A DNA stretch of 64,000 nt from Kiritimatiellia bacterium (GTDB taxonomy: Bacteria; Verrucomicrobiota; Kiritimatiellia; JAAZAB01). The notes under the pieces are model-generated. The model saw only the letters and a list, made by a program, of their open reading frames with translations, had not been told where the DNA came from and made no database searches. Where the stretch lies: NCBI GenBank assembly GCA_040767085.1, contig JAXGPF010000008.1:192001-256000 (forward strand), given 5' to 3'. Below are positions 27,023 through 36,539 of this stretch, piece by piece; positions within the stretch are counted from its first letter, which is position 1; the number at the start of each line of letters is the position of its first letter. The position numbers were made by a program, and so were the translations under genes.

Positions 27023-28777
27023 ATGCATGACGGTTTAAAGCAATTTCTGACGGCGCGCGATTTCCTGCTGCGCGCCGCCTCCTTCGAGGAAATGCGCCGC
27101 GAATTCCGCTGGCCCGACCCCGTTCAGTTCAACTGGGCGCTGGATTATTTTGACGGATGCGCCCTCGGCAATCGGGCGCCGGCGTTGATCATGGAGGATG
27201 AATCCGGCGCCGAAACCATCTGCAGTTTTGACGAGTTGCGCCGGCGCTCGAACGCCATGGCGAATTTTTTCAAGGAGCAGGGCGTCGCCAAGAACGATTG
27301 CCTGCTGTTGATGATGAACAATTCGCTGGAATTGTTTGTCGTGCTGCTGGCAGCCATAAAAATCGGGGCGGTGGTTTCGCCCGCCTCCGTGCAGTTGACC
27401 GCGGCCGATGTCCGCGATCGCCTGTCCCGCGCCAAAGTCCGGGCCGTGATGGCCGACGCAGAGTTGCTGGAAGAAACCGGGGAACTGGCCGATGTTTTGC
27501 GGCGCGCTCCGCTCAGATTCGTGAACGGCCATGCCCGCCCGGGTTGGGTGCCGCTGCAGCATGCCGAAAACTGCTCCGACCGGTTTGTCAATCCCTTGCC
27601 GACTTTTTCCACGGACCCCTGCCTGTTGTATTTTACCTCCGGTGCGACGGCGCATCCCAAGATGGTGCTGCATTCGCATGTCAGTTATCCGGTCGGGCAT
27701 CTGGTCACCATGGCCTGGATCGGTGTGCGTCCCGGCGACATGCATTACAATATCAGCGCACCGGGCTGGGGCAAGCATGCCTGGAGTTCGTTTTTTGCCC
27801 CGTGGAATGCCGGCGCCACGATTTGCCTCCGGCAATACGCCCGGTTTGACGCCCGCCGGACACTGGAATTCATCGCGCGCCGCAAGATCACCACGCTCTG
27901 CGCCCCGCCATCCGTCTGGCGGCGCTTCCTGCTGGAGGATATGGCCGCGTACCGTTTCAGCCTGCGGGAAATTGTCAGCGCCGGGGAGCCGCTCAACCCG
28001 ACAATCATCAACCGCGTGCGCCAGTGCACCGGCATCACGATCCGCGAAGGATACGGCCAGACGGAAACCGTCCTGCAGATTGGCGCCTTTCCGAACATGC
28101 CCGACCGCGCCGGCGCGATGGGCCTGGCGGCGCCCGGGTTCGACGTGGCGGTGGTCGGCCCGGACCTGCTGCCCGTGCCGCCCGGGATCGAGGGCCAGAT
28201 CGCCCTGCGCGTCTCCGCCGCGCGTCCCCTGGGTCTGATGAAAGGCTACCGCTGCGCGCGCGAACGCGAAGACGATGTTTTTGTCGGCGGATGGTACCTG
28301 ACGGGCGATATGGCGGTGCGCGATGCGGAAGGCTATTTCCAGTTTGTGGGGCGCAACGACGATGTCTTCAAATGTTCCGACTACCGCATCAGCCCGTTCG
28401 AGGTCGAGAGCATCCTGCTGGAGCATCCCGCCGTGGTCGAAGCGGCCGTGGTGGCCAGCCGCGACGATGCCCGCAACGGGTTTGTGCCCAAGGCTTTCCT
28501 CGCGCTCCGTCCCGGCTGCGAAACCACGGCGGCCATGGCGCTGGATATCTTCCGGTTCTGCCGCCAGCGCATGGCGCTTTACAAGCGCCCGCGCCGGCTG
28601 CAATTCATGCCGGAGTTGGTGAAAACCACGAGCGGCAAATTGCGCCGGGTCGAATTGCGGGAGCATGACAACCTCCTGCGGCAGCATAAACAGCGCGGCG
28701 ATCTCGAATTCATGGAGAGTGATTTTGCCGATGAGTTGCATGCCGGCCCGGCGCCGGGCGGAGCCCCCGCTACATGA
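27023..28777 (+). CDS. AMP-forming acyl-CoA synthetase (acetyl/medium-chain)
   Basis: YFTSGATAHPK, SAGEPLNP, GYGQTET, WYLTGD, GRNDD, KTTSGK. Confidence 0.92.
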   Translation: MHDGLKQFLTARDFLLRAASFEEMRREFRWPDPVQFNWALDYFDGCALGNRAPALIMEDESGAETICSFDELRRRSNAMANFFKEQGVAKNDCLLLMMNNSLELFVVLLAAIKIGAVVSPASVQLTAADVRDRLSRAKVRAVMADAELLEETGELADVLRRAPLRFVNGHARPGWVPLQHAENCSDRFVNPLPTFSTDPCLLYFTSGATAHPKMVLHSHVSYPVGHLVTMAWIGVRPGDMHYNISAPGWGKHAWSSFFAPWNAGATICLRQYARFDARRTLEFIARRKITTLCAPPSVWRRFLLEDMAAYRFSLREIVSAGEPLNPTIINRVRQCTGITIREGYGQTETVLQIGAFPNMPDRAGAMGLAAPGFDVAVVGPDLLPVPPGIEGQIALRVSAARPLGLMKGYRCAREREDDVFVGGWYLTGDMAVRDAEGYFQFVGRNDDVFKCSDYRISPFEVESILLEHPAVVEAAVVASRDDARNGFVPKAFLALRPGCETTAAMALDIFRFCRQRMALYKRPRRLQFMPELVKTTSGKLRRVELREHDNLLRQHKQRGDLEFMESDFADELHAGPAPGGAPAT

Positions 28778-29754
28778 ACCCGCTCCGCCATCCTCTGTAT
28801 CCGCTGCGGCTGCAGCCGGCCTACCAGCATTATCTCTGGGGCGGCGACCGGATTCCGAAGGTTTTTCGCCGGGCTTTGCCGCCCGGGATTTATGCTGAGT
28901 CGTGGGAAGTGTCCGACCGGGCCGAGGGCTCGAGCATCGTGGCGGACGGACCGCTGCGGGGGTGGACCTTGGAGCGCCTGATCCGCGCCCGCGGCGCGGA
29001 GGTGCTCGGCGCCGCCCAGGCATCGGGACGTTGCCCCTGGCTGATCAAACTGATCGACGCCCGCGAGCGTTTAAGCGTCCAGGTCCACCCGGACCGCCGC
29101 GCCGCCGCGGCACATGGCGGCGAACCCAAAACCGAGGCGTGGTACGTGCTGGGCGTTGACGGCCCGGCCGCAGTTTACGCCGGATTCAAGCAGGGTGTTA
29201 GCGCCGCGGCGCTGCGGCGGGCCCTGGCCGATGCCAGCGTGGAAAATCTGCTGGAAAAAGTGCCGGTGGCCCCCGGCGATTTGATTTTTGTGCCCGGCGG
29301 CCTGGCGCATGCCATCGGCGCCGGCTGCCTGTTGCTCGAGGTGCAGCAGAATTCCAACACGACTTACCGGATTTACGACTGGGATCGCCTGGGGCCGGAT
29401 GGCCGGCCCCGGGAATTGCATGTCGAGCAGGCGTTGCGCGCCATGCACTGGGAAGCGCGTCCGGAAATTGTGCGCGCCGCGGCGTCCGGCCCCGGCGCTT
29501 GGCAGGCGCTGATCGATACGCCCTTTTTTACAATCGGCCGGCTGGCGCAGGCGTCCGCGCAGCAGCCGGCCGCCTTGCCGCCGTCGGACCGCTGCCAGGC
29601 GCTGTTTGTCGCCTCCGGCGCGGCGCGGCTGACGGCGCCGGACGGTTGGGAATGCGCATTGCCTGCCGGCAGTTCGGTCCTGATCCCCGCCGCCGTCCGC
29701 GGCTGCCGGCTGGCGCCGGACGGCGACCCGGCCGAAATCATCCGGATCGGATGA
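28774..29754 (+). CDS. manA: Mannose-6-phosphate isomerase, class I (cupin)
   Basis: WGG, ESWEVS, LIKLIDA, LSVQVHP, KTEAW, HAIG, EVQQNSNTTYRIYDW. Confidence 0.85.
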   Translation: MNPLRHPLYPLRLQPAYQHYLWGGDRIPKVFRRALPPGIYAESWEVSDRAEGSSIVADGPLRGWTLERLIRARGAEVLGAAQASGRCPWLIKLIDARERLSVQVHPDRRAAAAHGGEPKTEAWYVLGVDGPAAVYAGFKQGVSAAALRRALADASVENLLEKVPVAPGDLIFVPGGLAHAIGAGCLLLEVQQNSNTTYRIYDWDRLGPDGRPRELHVEQALRAMHWEARPEIVRAAASGPGAWQALIDTPFFTIGRLAQASAQQPAALPPSDRCQALFVASGAARLTAPDGWECALPAGSSVLIPAAVRGCRLAPDGDPAEIIRIG

Positions 29755-29766
29755 CCGGCGCCGGCG

Positions 29767-30636
29767 TCATTGCAGCGGCACGGCATCGGAACGAGCCTGC
29801 TGGCCGGGATATTCCCGCGCCAGCCGGGCGTGGTCTTCCTCCGCCATGATGAAATGCAGGGCGCCCAGGTTTTCCGCCAGGTGCGCCGGGGTGCGCATGG
29901 TGGAAAGGGTGGCAACGTTGGGTTGGGCGATCAGCCAGTTGATGGCGATCTGGGCGGGCGTGGCGCCGTATTTGCGGGCTATTTCGATCAGCAGCGGCGG
30001 GGCCTGACCGATTAACAATCCTTTTTGCACCGGCCGCCAGGCGACGGTCAGGATGCCGCGGCCGGCGCAGAATCCCAGCAGTCCCGCGCGTTCCGGTTCG
30101 CGGAAGATCAGGTTGTAATGCGCCTGCGAGGCGGCAAGCGGGCGGGCCGCCAGGCCGGCGGCGGCGCGCGCGCGTTCCGGTGAAAAATTGCTGATGCCGA
30201 TCTGCCGGATGACGCCTTCCGCCGCCAGCCGGTTCATGGCCCGCATGGTTTCCTGCAAGGGAATTTCCGGATTGGGTTTGTGGATGTAATAGAGGTCCAG
30301 ATAATCCGTGCCCAACCGGCGAAGCGATCCTTCCGCGGCGCGCAAGACGTCGTCGTGCCGCAGGTGCGCGCCGGAGACCTTGGAAGCCAGGAATAAATCC
30401 GGACGCCGGCGGCCGGCAATGGCGCGGCCGACCAGCGTTTCGGCATGGCCGGCGGCATAAATTTCCGCTGTATCGATATGGGTGATGCCGGCGTCCAGGG
30501 CGCGGACAATGGCGGCAATGTCACGCGCGTCGTCGTTGGCGGGATTGCGGTTGAAATCGCCGCCCATACGCCAGGTGCCTAATCCGAAAACGGGTATTGG
30601 CCGGCCGCCGCCGGTTTTGCATGGAATTGTCATCAT
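29767..30636 (-). CDS. Aldo/keto reductase
   Basis: GLGTW, IDTAEIY, ASKV, SLRRLGTDYLDLYYIH, IGISNF; start MMTIP at 30636. Confidence 0.9.
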   Translation of the reverse strand: MMTIPCKTGGGRPIPVFGLGTWRMGGDFNRNPANDDARDIAAIVRALDAGITHIDTAEIYAAGHAETLVGRAIAGRRRPDLFLASKVSGAHLRHDDVLRAAEGSLRRLGTDYLDLYYIHKPNPEIPLQETMRAMNRLAAEGVIRQIGISNFSPERARAAAGLAARPLAASQAHYNLIFREPERAGLLGFCAGRGILTVAWRPVQKGLLIGQAPPLLIEIARKYGATPAQIAINWLIAQPNVATLSTMRTPAHLAENLGALHFIMAEEDHARLAREYPGQQARSDAVPLQ

Positions 30637-30877
30637 GAATGGCTGTCCTCGGTCCTCCGCTGCTGCGCGCCCGCCGGACATAGTAACCGGCGGCGCGCCG
30701 GCAGGCAACCGCCAAATGCGCACCCGGCGCAAATGAACATTGACAAATCGCCATGCCGGCATTAAAAACCCGCTCGAATCAATCACACGGAGAAACGATG
30801 CCAATTAGTGCCTCAAACTCTGCAAACTGCCGAAATAAACAAGAAAAATTAGCCGGCAGCTTACATGGTTCAAAGCC

Positions 30878-31000
30878 CGGTGCAAGTGCAGGAGGCAGGT
30901 GCAGGTGTGGTCAGTCCGGCATAGCCGGACGTGGAGATGGTTCCGGATTTGTTCCGTATCAAACTACACTTGGACTTGCAGCTCGCGCCGCCACACCGGA
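30878..31000. repeat. Hexamer-repeat (gtgcaR) long hairpin upstream of the MATE gene
   Basis: gcaggtgcaggtgtggt pairs (with G-U) with actacacttggacttgc and encloses hairpins gtccggc-ata-gccggac and cgga-tttgt-tccg. Confidence 0.45.
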
Positions 31001-31018
31001 GGGCAGGAGCGTGCGGCC

Positions 31019-32407
31019 GTGAGCCAGCCGAACCAGAAGGCATCCGCACTCGTCGGCCGGAGCGTCAAACAGACCTTGTTCCGCATGGCTTTCCCGATGC
31101 TAGCGGGAACGTTCGCCATGAACGCCTACCACTTGACCGACACCTGGTTCGTCTCGCGCCTGGGTACGGCGTCCCTGGCCGCGATGGGATTCAGCTTCCC
31201 GGTGGTCATGCTCCTTACCTGCGTCGCCGGCGGGATTGGGAACGGGGTGGCGGCCCTGGCATCGCACGCGCTCGGTCGGCTGGCGCATGCCGATGCCGCG
31301 CGCATCGTGACCCATGGCGTGGCCTTGATGCTGGCGGTGGCGGGCGTGATGACCGCGGCGGGGTACGGCAGCATCGGCGCCATCTTCCGCCGGCTGGGAA
31401 CGGATGCGCAAACCATGCCGCTGGTGGCGGACTACATGCGCACCTGGTACCTGGGCGCCGTGTTCATGGCCCTGCCGATGCTGGGCAATGGTTTGCTGAT
31501 CGCCGCCGGCGATTCCCGGCGGGCGGCCCGGATGATGTTGCTGGGGCCCATCCTGAATACCATCCTGGATCCGATCTTGATTTACGGCTGGGGCGGGGCG
31601 CCGGCCATGGGCATCCAGGGCGCGGCCCTGGCGACCGTGCTGTCCCAGGCCGCGGCGGCAGTGTGGCTCTGCCGGCTGCTGTGGCGGGAACACCGGCTGC
31701 TGGCCTGGGCGCGCTGGCGGGCGCGGGACTGGCTGGATTCATTCCGCAGGATCATGGCCTTCGGCGTGCCCAACATCCTGAGCATGATCTTGATGCCGGT
31801 GTCCGCCGCCATCATCACCAGGCTGCTGGGCGGTTTCGGCCATGAAGCCGTGGCGGCCAGCGGTGCGGCGGGCCGCTTGGAAATGTTTGCTTTTGTCATT
31901 CCCATGGCGCTGGGGATTTCGCTGACGCCGTTTGTCAGCCAGAATTACGGCGCCGGCCGGCTGGACCGTATCCGGGAGGCAATGCGGCTCAGTCTGGGCT
32001 TTGCGCTGCTTTACGGCGCGGCAGTGGCGTTGTTATTTTTCGCCTGCGCCCCCTGGCTGGCCATGGTGTTCAGCCGCGATCCCCGGGTGGTGGCGATGAT
32101 TGTGGCCTATATCCGCATTATTGCCTTCGGGTATGGGATGATGGAAGCGCACCGTTATTGCAGTTTTTTTCTGGCGGGAGTCCATCGCCCCGCCGCGGCC
32201 GCCTTGCTCAATGCCACGCGCGTGGCGGTCCTGCTGATTCCCCTCGTATATCTCGGCGCGTTGTGGGGCGGCGTGCAGGGGATTTTCTGGGGGCGCCTGG
32301 CGGCGGACCTGGCCGCGGGCGGCATTGGCATCCATTGGGTGCGCCGGACCTGGCGGGCCATGGCGGCGGCGTCCGCGGCTGGCGCCATGCAGGACGGGCC
32401 GCGGTAA
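31019..32407 (+). CDS. MATE family efflux transporter
   Basis: Hydrophobic multi-TM protein; DTWFVSRLG, NTILDPILI, GIQGAALAT, SQNYGAG; GTG start after aggag. Confidence 0.9.
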   Translation: MSQPNQKASALVGRSVKQTLFRMAFPMLAGTFAMNAYHLTDTWFVSRLGTASLAAMGFSFPVVMLLTCVAGGIGNGVAALASHALGRLAHADAARIVTHGVALMLAVAGVMTAAGYGSIGAIFRRLGTDAQTMPLVADYMRTWYLGAVFMALPMLGNGLLIAAGDSRRAARMMLLGPILNTILDPILIYGWGGAPAMGIQGAALATVLSQAAAAVWLCRLLWREHRLLAWARWRARDWLDSFRRIMAFGVPNILSMILMPVSAAIITRLLGGFGHEAVAASGAAGRLEMFAFVIPMALGISLTPFVSQNYGAGRLDRIREAMRLSLGFALLYGAAVALLFFACAPWLAMVFSRDPRVVAMIVAYIRIIAFGYGMMEAHRYCSFFLAGVHRPAAAALLNATRVAVLLIPLVYLGALWGGVQGIFWGRLAADLAAGGIGIHWVRRTWRAMAAASAAGAMQDGPR

Positions 32408-32436
32408 ATGACTGGAGCTTTTACGCCGGCTGTGAT

Positions 32437-33891
32437 ATGATCCACCGCATGTCAAGATTATCCATCCACGCCCGGCGGCTGGCCGGACTCTGCCTGCTGG
32501 CCGCCCTCCCCGCCGCGGCCGCGCCGGAATGGGACTGGGGTCCCTTGCTGGCGCGGGATACAACCCTGGAAGGCGAAACCCGTTGGCGCGCCTTGGGGCC
32601 CTTGTTCGAATTCCGCGCCGGGACGAACGGCTGCCGCCTGGCAGCCGTCCGGCCGCTGTACAGCCGCGAGCATGATGGTGCCAGGCGCAAACTCGCCCAG
32701 GATGTGCTCTGGCCGGTCTGGAACGGGAAAAACTGGGACGGCACGGCCGCCCAGTGGCGCTGCTTGCTGCTGGTCTCCTGGCGGGATGACGACGTCAATG
32801 ATCCCCGGGCACGCTACTCGTTCCGGGCGCTCCCTTTTTATTTCCAGGGCCGGGATGACGCGGGCCGGCCTTACTGGGCGCTCTTTCCCCTGGGGGGCAC
32901 GATCCGCGATTTCCTGTTTTACGATGAGGTTCAATTCTGGCTGTTCCCATTGTTCGGCCGGACGCGCGTGGACGATTTGCCGGGCTGGTTTTGCCTGTGG
33001 CCGGTGATGTCCCGCAGTGCTAACGCGGAGATTGAGCGGCACCGGTTTTTCCCGCTTTACGGCTATTCCCGCCGCCGCGACGATTACGAAAAATATTTCA
33101 TCCTCTGGCCGTTTTGGAATCATGCGCGCTACGGTTATGCCGGCGCGTCCGGCACGGGGTATGCGCTCTTTCCGCTGTTCGGCCGCGTGCGCCTGGAAGA
33201 CCAGTCATCCTGGATGTTTCTGCCGCCTTTTTTCCGCTTTTCACGCGGCGCCAGGCTGAACCAGGTATATGCCCCATGGCCGTTTATTCAAGTCAGCCGC
33301 GGCATGGCGGATCAGACTTATTTCTGGCCGCTATGGGGCAGCAAGACCACCCCGGGCTATGCGCATGGATTCGTGGCCTGGCCGATCTGCATGCGCACCC
33401 GGCAGTTTTCCCGGCATAACGACCGCCAGCGGAGTTGGGTGCTGCCCTTCGTTTATTTTACCGATGAAAATCAAAAAATACCGGCGCCCGGCGTCGAGCG
33501 CCGGGTTCGTAAAATCTGGCCGCTGTTCACGCGGCATGTGGAAAACGGCCACAGCCTGCTGCGCGCGCCGACTTTGCTGCCGTTCAAGGATTGGGAACAG
33601 ATTGACCGCAATTACGCGCCGTTTTGGACGCTTTACCGGCGGGAAACCACGCCCGCGGCCATGGAACAGGAAGCCTTCTGGGGGCTGTTCCGCCACCGGC
33701 GGGACGCGGACGGCACCCGCCGGTACGCGTTGTTTCCGCTGGCGCGTTTTACGACCCGGCCGGCGGACGGAATGCTGCAATGGTCTTTTTTGCAGGGCGC
33801 GGTCGGTTATGCCCGGGAGGCCGGCTCCCGCCATTTGCAATTGCTTTATTTTTTAAAACTGCCCCTGGGCACGGCGCCGGCGGAAAATTGA
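32437..33891 (+). CDS. Secreted hypothetical protein made of ~22 aromatic W/F-P-L/F repeats
   Basis: Signal peptide ending LPAAAA; repeats such as VLWPVW, ALFPLG, WLFPLF, ILWPFW, YFWPLW, KIWPLF about every 16-22 aa; start 32437 or 32449. Confidence 0.75.
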   Translation: MIHRMSRLSIHARRLAGLCLLAALPAAAAPEWDWGPLLARDTTLEGETRWRALGPLFEFRAGTNGCRLAAVRPLYSREHDGARRKLAQDVLWPVWNGKNWDGTAAQWRCLLLVSWRDDDVNDPRARYSFRALPFYFQGRDDAGRPYWALFPLGGTIRDFLFYDEVQFWLFPLFGRTRVDDLPGWFCLWPVMSRSANAEIERHRFFPLYGYSRRRDDYEKYFILWPFWNHARYGYAGASGTGYALFPLFGRVRLEDQSSWMFLPPFFRFSRGARLNQVYAPWPFIQVSRGMADQTYFWPLWGSKTTPGYAHGFVAWPICMRTRQFSRHNDRQRSWVLPFVYFTDENQKIPAPGVERRVRKIWPLFTRHVENGHSLLRAPTLLPFKDWEQIDRNYAPFWTLYRRETTPAAMEQEAFWGLFRHRRDADGTRRYALFPLARFTTRPADGMLQWSFLQGAVGYAREAGSRHLQLLYFLKLPLGTAPAEN

Positions 33892-34023
33892 ATTTGTTTG
33901 CGGACTCGCCCTGGAATCGGCTAGAATTTGCCGGCTGGAGAGGCCAACCTTGCTGGAGAGGCTGAACTGCGTTCGGCGCTGTGAAAGCTTGCCAGGTGCA
34001 AACGCAATACAATAAAGTGAATC

Positions 34024-34836
34024 ATGCTGACTCGTGAACCGGAATTTTATCCGCCCCCGCTCAACTGGTTTGGCTGGCTCGGGCGCCAGATTTGGATTTC
34101 CTGCCGGAATGCCGGCCGGGCGCTGCTGATGTTATGGGAGGCGTTGTTGGATTTGCGCTTCGTTTTCGGCGCCCGCGCCTGGCCGGAAGTGGTATATCAG
34201 CTTTACGTAACCGGCATCAAAAGCATCGGCGTGATCTCGGTTGTGGCGATGTTCACCGGCATGATCCTGGCGCTGCAGACCGGGTTGGAATTGCGGAAAT
34301 TCGGCCAGGAGGTCAACATCGGCGCGGCGGTGATGATTTCGCTGCTGCGTGAAATGGGCCCGTTCATGACCGCCTTGATTCTGGCCGCCAGCGTGGGTTC
34401 GGCCATGGCGGCGGAACTGGGAACCATGGTAGTTTCCGAGGAAATCGCCGCCCTGGAAGTCATGTCCATCCCGCCCGTGCGCTTTCTGGTGATGCCGCGC
34501 CTGGCGGCCATGATGGTCATGACGCCGCTGATGACTTTTTATGCCTGCATGCTGGGCGTCGTCGGCGGGGCGATTGTGGGTGTAACGCAGTTGGGCGTGG
34601 CGTTGCCCGCCTACATGGATAACGCCACCCGTTTCGCGGAAAACAAGGACCTGTATGTCGGCCTGTTCAAGTCGTTTGTCTTCGGCATCATGATCACGAC
34701 GGTTTCCTGCCACCAGGGATTCTCGACCACCGAAGGCGCGGTGGGCGTGGGGCGGGCCACCCGGCGCAGCGTGATTGTTTCGTTCCTGTCCATCCTGATC
34801 GTCGGCTATATTATCACCCGCTTGTTTTACGTATGA
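34024..34836 (+). CDS. mlaE: MlaE-type ABC permease (MCE lipid transport)
   Basis: LREMGP, GSAMAAELGTM, EEIAALEVM, VMPR, GAVGVGRAT. Confidence 0.9.
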   Translation: MLTREPEFYPPPLNWFGWLGRQIWISCRNAGRALLMLWEALLDLRFVFGARAWPEVVYQLYVTGIKSIGVISVVAMFTGMILALQTGLELRKFGQEVNIGAAVMISLLREMGPFMTALILAASVGSAMAAELGTMVVSEEIAALEVMSIPPVRFLVMPRLAAMMVMTPLMTFYACMLGVVGGAIVGVTQLGVALPAYMDNATRFAENKDLYVGLFKSFVFGIMITTVSCHQGFSTTEGAVGVGRATRRSVIVSFLSILIVGYIITRLFYV

Positions 34837-35591
34837 TACGTTTCGAACATGTGACCAAGTATTTCGGGCAGCGGCAAGTGCTGGCCGACCTGGATTTCGA
34901 GGTGCAGCGGGGCGAGACCTTCGTCATCGTCGGCTTTTCCGGCGCCGGCAAGAGCGTCTCGCTCAAGCATATGATCCGGTTGCTGACCCCCGACCAGGGC
35001 GCGGTGTTCATTGACGGCGCCGATATCAGCCATGCCGGCTCCCGCGACCTGATCCGCTTGCGCGAGCGGTTCGGCTTGCTTTTTCAGGGCGCCGCCCTGC
35101 TGGAATGGCTGACCGTCGGGGAGAACGTGGCGCTGCCCTTGCGCGAAAAAACACGGACTCCCGACGGGGAAATCCGCCAGCGTGTGCGGGAAACGCTGAG
35201 CCTGGTCAACCTGGAAGATGTTTATGACGCCCGGCCTTCCGATTTGTCCGGCGGCATGCGCAAGCGCGTCGGCCTGGCCCGCGCGATCGTCACCCGGCCG
35301 GAAATTATTTTGTACGACGAACCGACCTCCGGGCTGGACCCGGTGACTTCCCGCGCCATTGACCAGTTGATTGAACGTTTGCGCCGGGAATTGAAGGTGA
35401 CGGGGGTGGTCGTCACCCATGACTTGTTCAGCGCGCTGGCCATCGGCACCCGCATTGCCATGATCCACCAGGGCCGGTTTGTGGAGGTCGCGCCCCCCGC
35501 GGAATTTGTCAAGTCGCGCCGGCCGGAAGTGCGGGATTTTCTGGACGCGCAGTATATTACCAAAAAAGGTCCCTGGGAGGAGCTTGCATGA
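34833..35591 (+). CDS. mlaF: MlaF-type ABC ATPase
   Basis: GFSGAGKS, LSGGMRKRVGLARA, YDEPTSGLDP, VTHD. Confidence 0.92.
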   Translation: MIRFEHVTKYFGQRQVLADLDFEVQRGETFVIVGFSGAGKSVSLKHMIRLLTPDQGAVFIDGADISHAGSRDLIRLRERFGLLFQGAALLEWLTVGENVALPLREKTRTPDGEIRQRVRETLSLVNLEDVYDARPSDLSGGMRKRVGLARAIVTRPEIILYDEPTSGLDPVTSRAIDQLIERLRRELKVTGVVVTHDLFSALAIGTRIAMIHQGRFVEVAPPAEFVKSRRPEVRDFLDAQYITKKGPWEELA

Positions 35592-36538
35592 AACGTATCG
35601 GCAATCGCGCGCGGGAACTCTTGCTGGAGATGCTGGTCGGCGCCTTTATGTTCGTGGTGCTGTTAAGCCTGGCGTTTTTCACCATCATTCTCAGCCGGGA
35701 AAATTACCTGGCTAAAACCTACCCCATGGAAGTGGTGTTCGAGGATGTCATGGGCTTGCGCGACGGCGACAACGTGGTGATCCGCGGCATGACGGTCGGG
35801 AAGGTCAAGACGCTGGCCCTGGGCGACGATGGCGTGCACGTCACGGCCACGCTGCAGCGTCCGCTGCGGCTGAAGGAGGATTACTCCATCCGGGTGATCT
35901 CTACTTCCGTGCTGGGCGGCCGCTATTTGCAGGTGGACGAGGGCCGCGCCGGCGCGGTCTTGCCTGCCGCTGCGCCGCTGCGCGGCGAAACGCCCCGGGA
36001 TTTCATGCTGCTGGCGGCGGATGTCGTCGCCGATTTCCGAGAAATCACCGCCAAGGTCCGGGCCGGGGAAGGCACGCTGGGCAAGCTGGTGACGGACGAG
36101 GCCCTGTACAACGATGCGCGCGACTTGATGGGACAATTGAAGCAGGCGGCGGGGGAAGGCGGCCTGCTGGCCAAGCTGGACGGGGCCGCGGGCAATTTGG
36201 AGGGGATCACCGCCAAGGTCCGGGCCGGGGAAGGCACGCTGGGCAAGCTGGTGACGGACGAGGCCCTGTACAACGATGTGCGCGACTTGGTGGGCCAGTT
36301 GAAGCAGGCGGCGGGGGAGGGCGGCCTGCTGGCCAAGCTGGACGGCGCCGCGGGCAACCTGGAAAGCATTGCCGCCAAGATTAACCGCGGCGAAGGCACG
36401 TTAGGCAAGCTGGTGAATGAAGACGGCTTGTACACCGAAACCATGGCGACCCTGGGCGATGCCCGCAAGACGCTGGACGACATCCGCGAAACTTCGCCGC
36501 TGGTGACTTTCACCAGCATCCTTTTCGGCGCGCTTTAG
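35588..36538 (+). CDS. mlaD: MlaD/MCE-domain protein with repeated helical tail
   Basis: N-terminal TM, FEDVMGLRDGDNVVIRGMTVGKV MCE motif, SVLGGRY, three GEGTLGKLV motifs. Confidence 0.85.
   Translation: MKRIGNRARELLLEMLVGAFMFVVLLSLAFFTIILSRENYLAKTYPMEVVFEDVMGLRDGDNVVIRGMTVGKVKTLALGDDGVHVTATLQRPLRLKEDYSIRVISTSVLGGRYLQVDEGRAGAVLPAAAPLRGETPRDFMLLAADVVADFREITAKVRAGEGTLGKLVTDEALYNDARDLMGQLKQAAGEGGLLAKLDGAAGNLEGITAKVRAGEGTLGKLVTDEALYNDVRDLVGQLKQAAGEGGLLAKLDGAAGNLESIAAKINRGEGTLGKLVNEDGLYTETMATLGDARKTLDDIRETSPLVTFTSILFGAL
36044..36367 (+). repeat. In-frame 162-bp tandem duplication inside mlaD
   Basis: Units begin at 36044 and 36206 (atcaccgccaaggtccgggccggggaaggcacgctgggcaagctggtgacggacgaggccctgtacaacgatg...) and are nearly identical. 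Confidence 0.9.
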
Positions 36539-36539
36539 C

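Noticed and set aside
30932..30980. Fluoride, cobalamin or guanidine riboswitch ahead of MATE
   Set aside because: Only short fragments match (ggagatgg, ccggtgcaa); the required conserved cores and pseudoknot partners are absent
30753..31022. 89-aa ORF upstream of the MATE gene
   Set aside because: Atypical composition, no motif, and it overlaps the hairpin region
33945..33973. Direct repeat gctggagaggc x2 upstream of mlaE
   Set aside because: Only 11 bp with no further support; possibly a binding site but not distinguishable from chance
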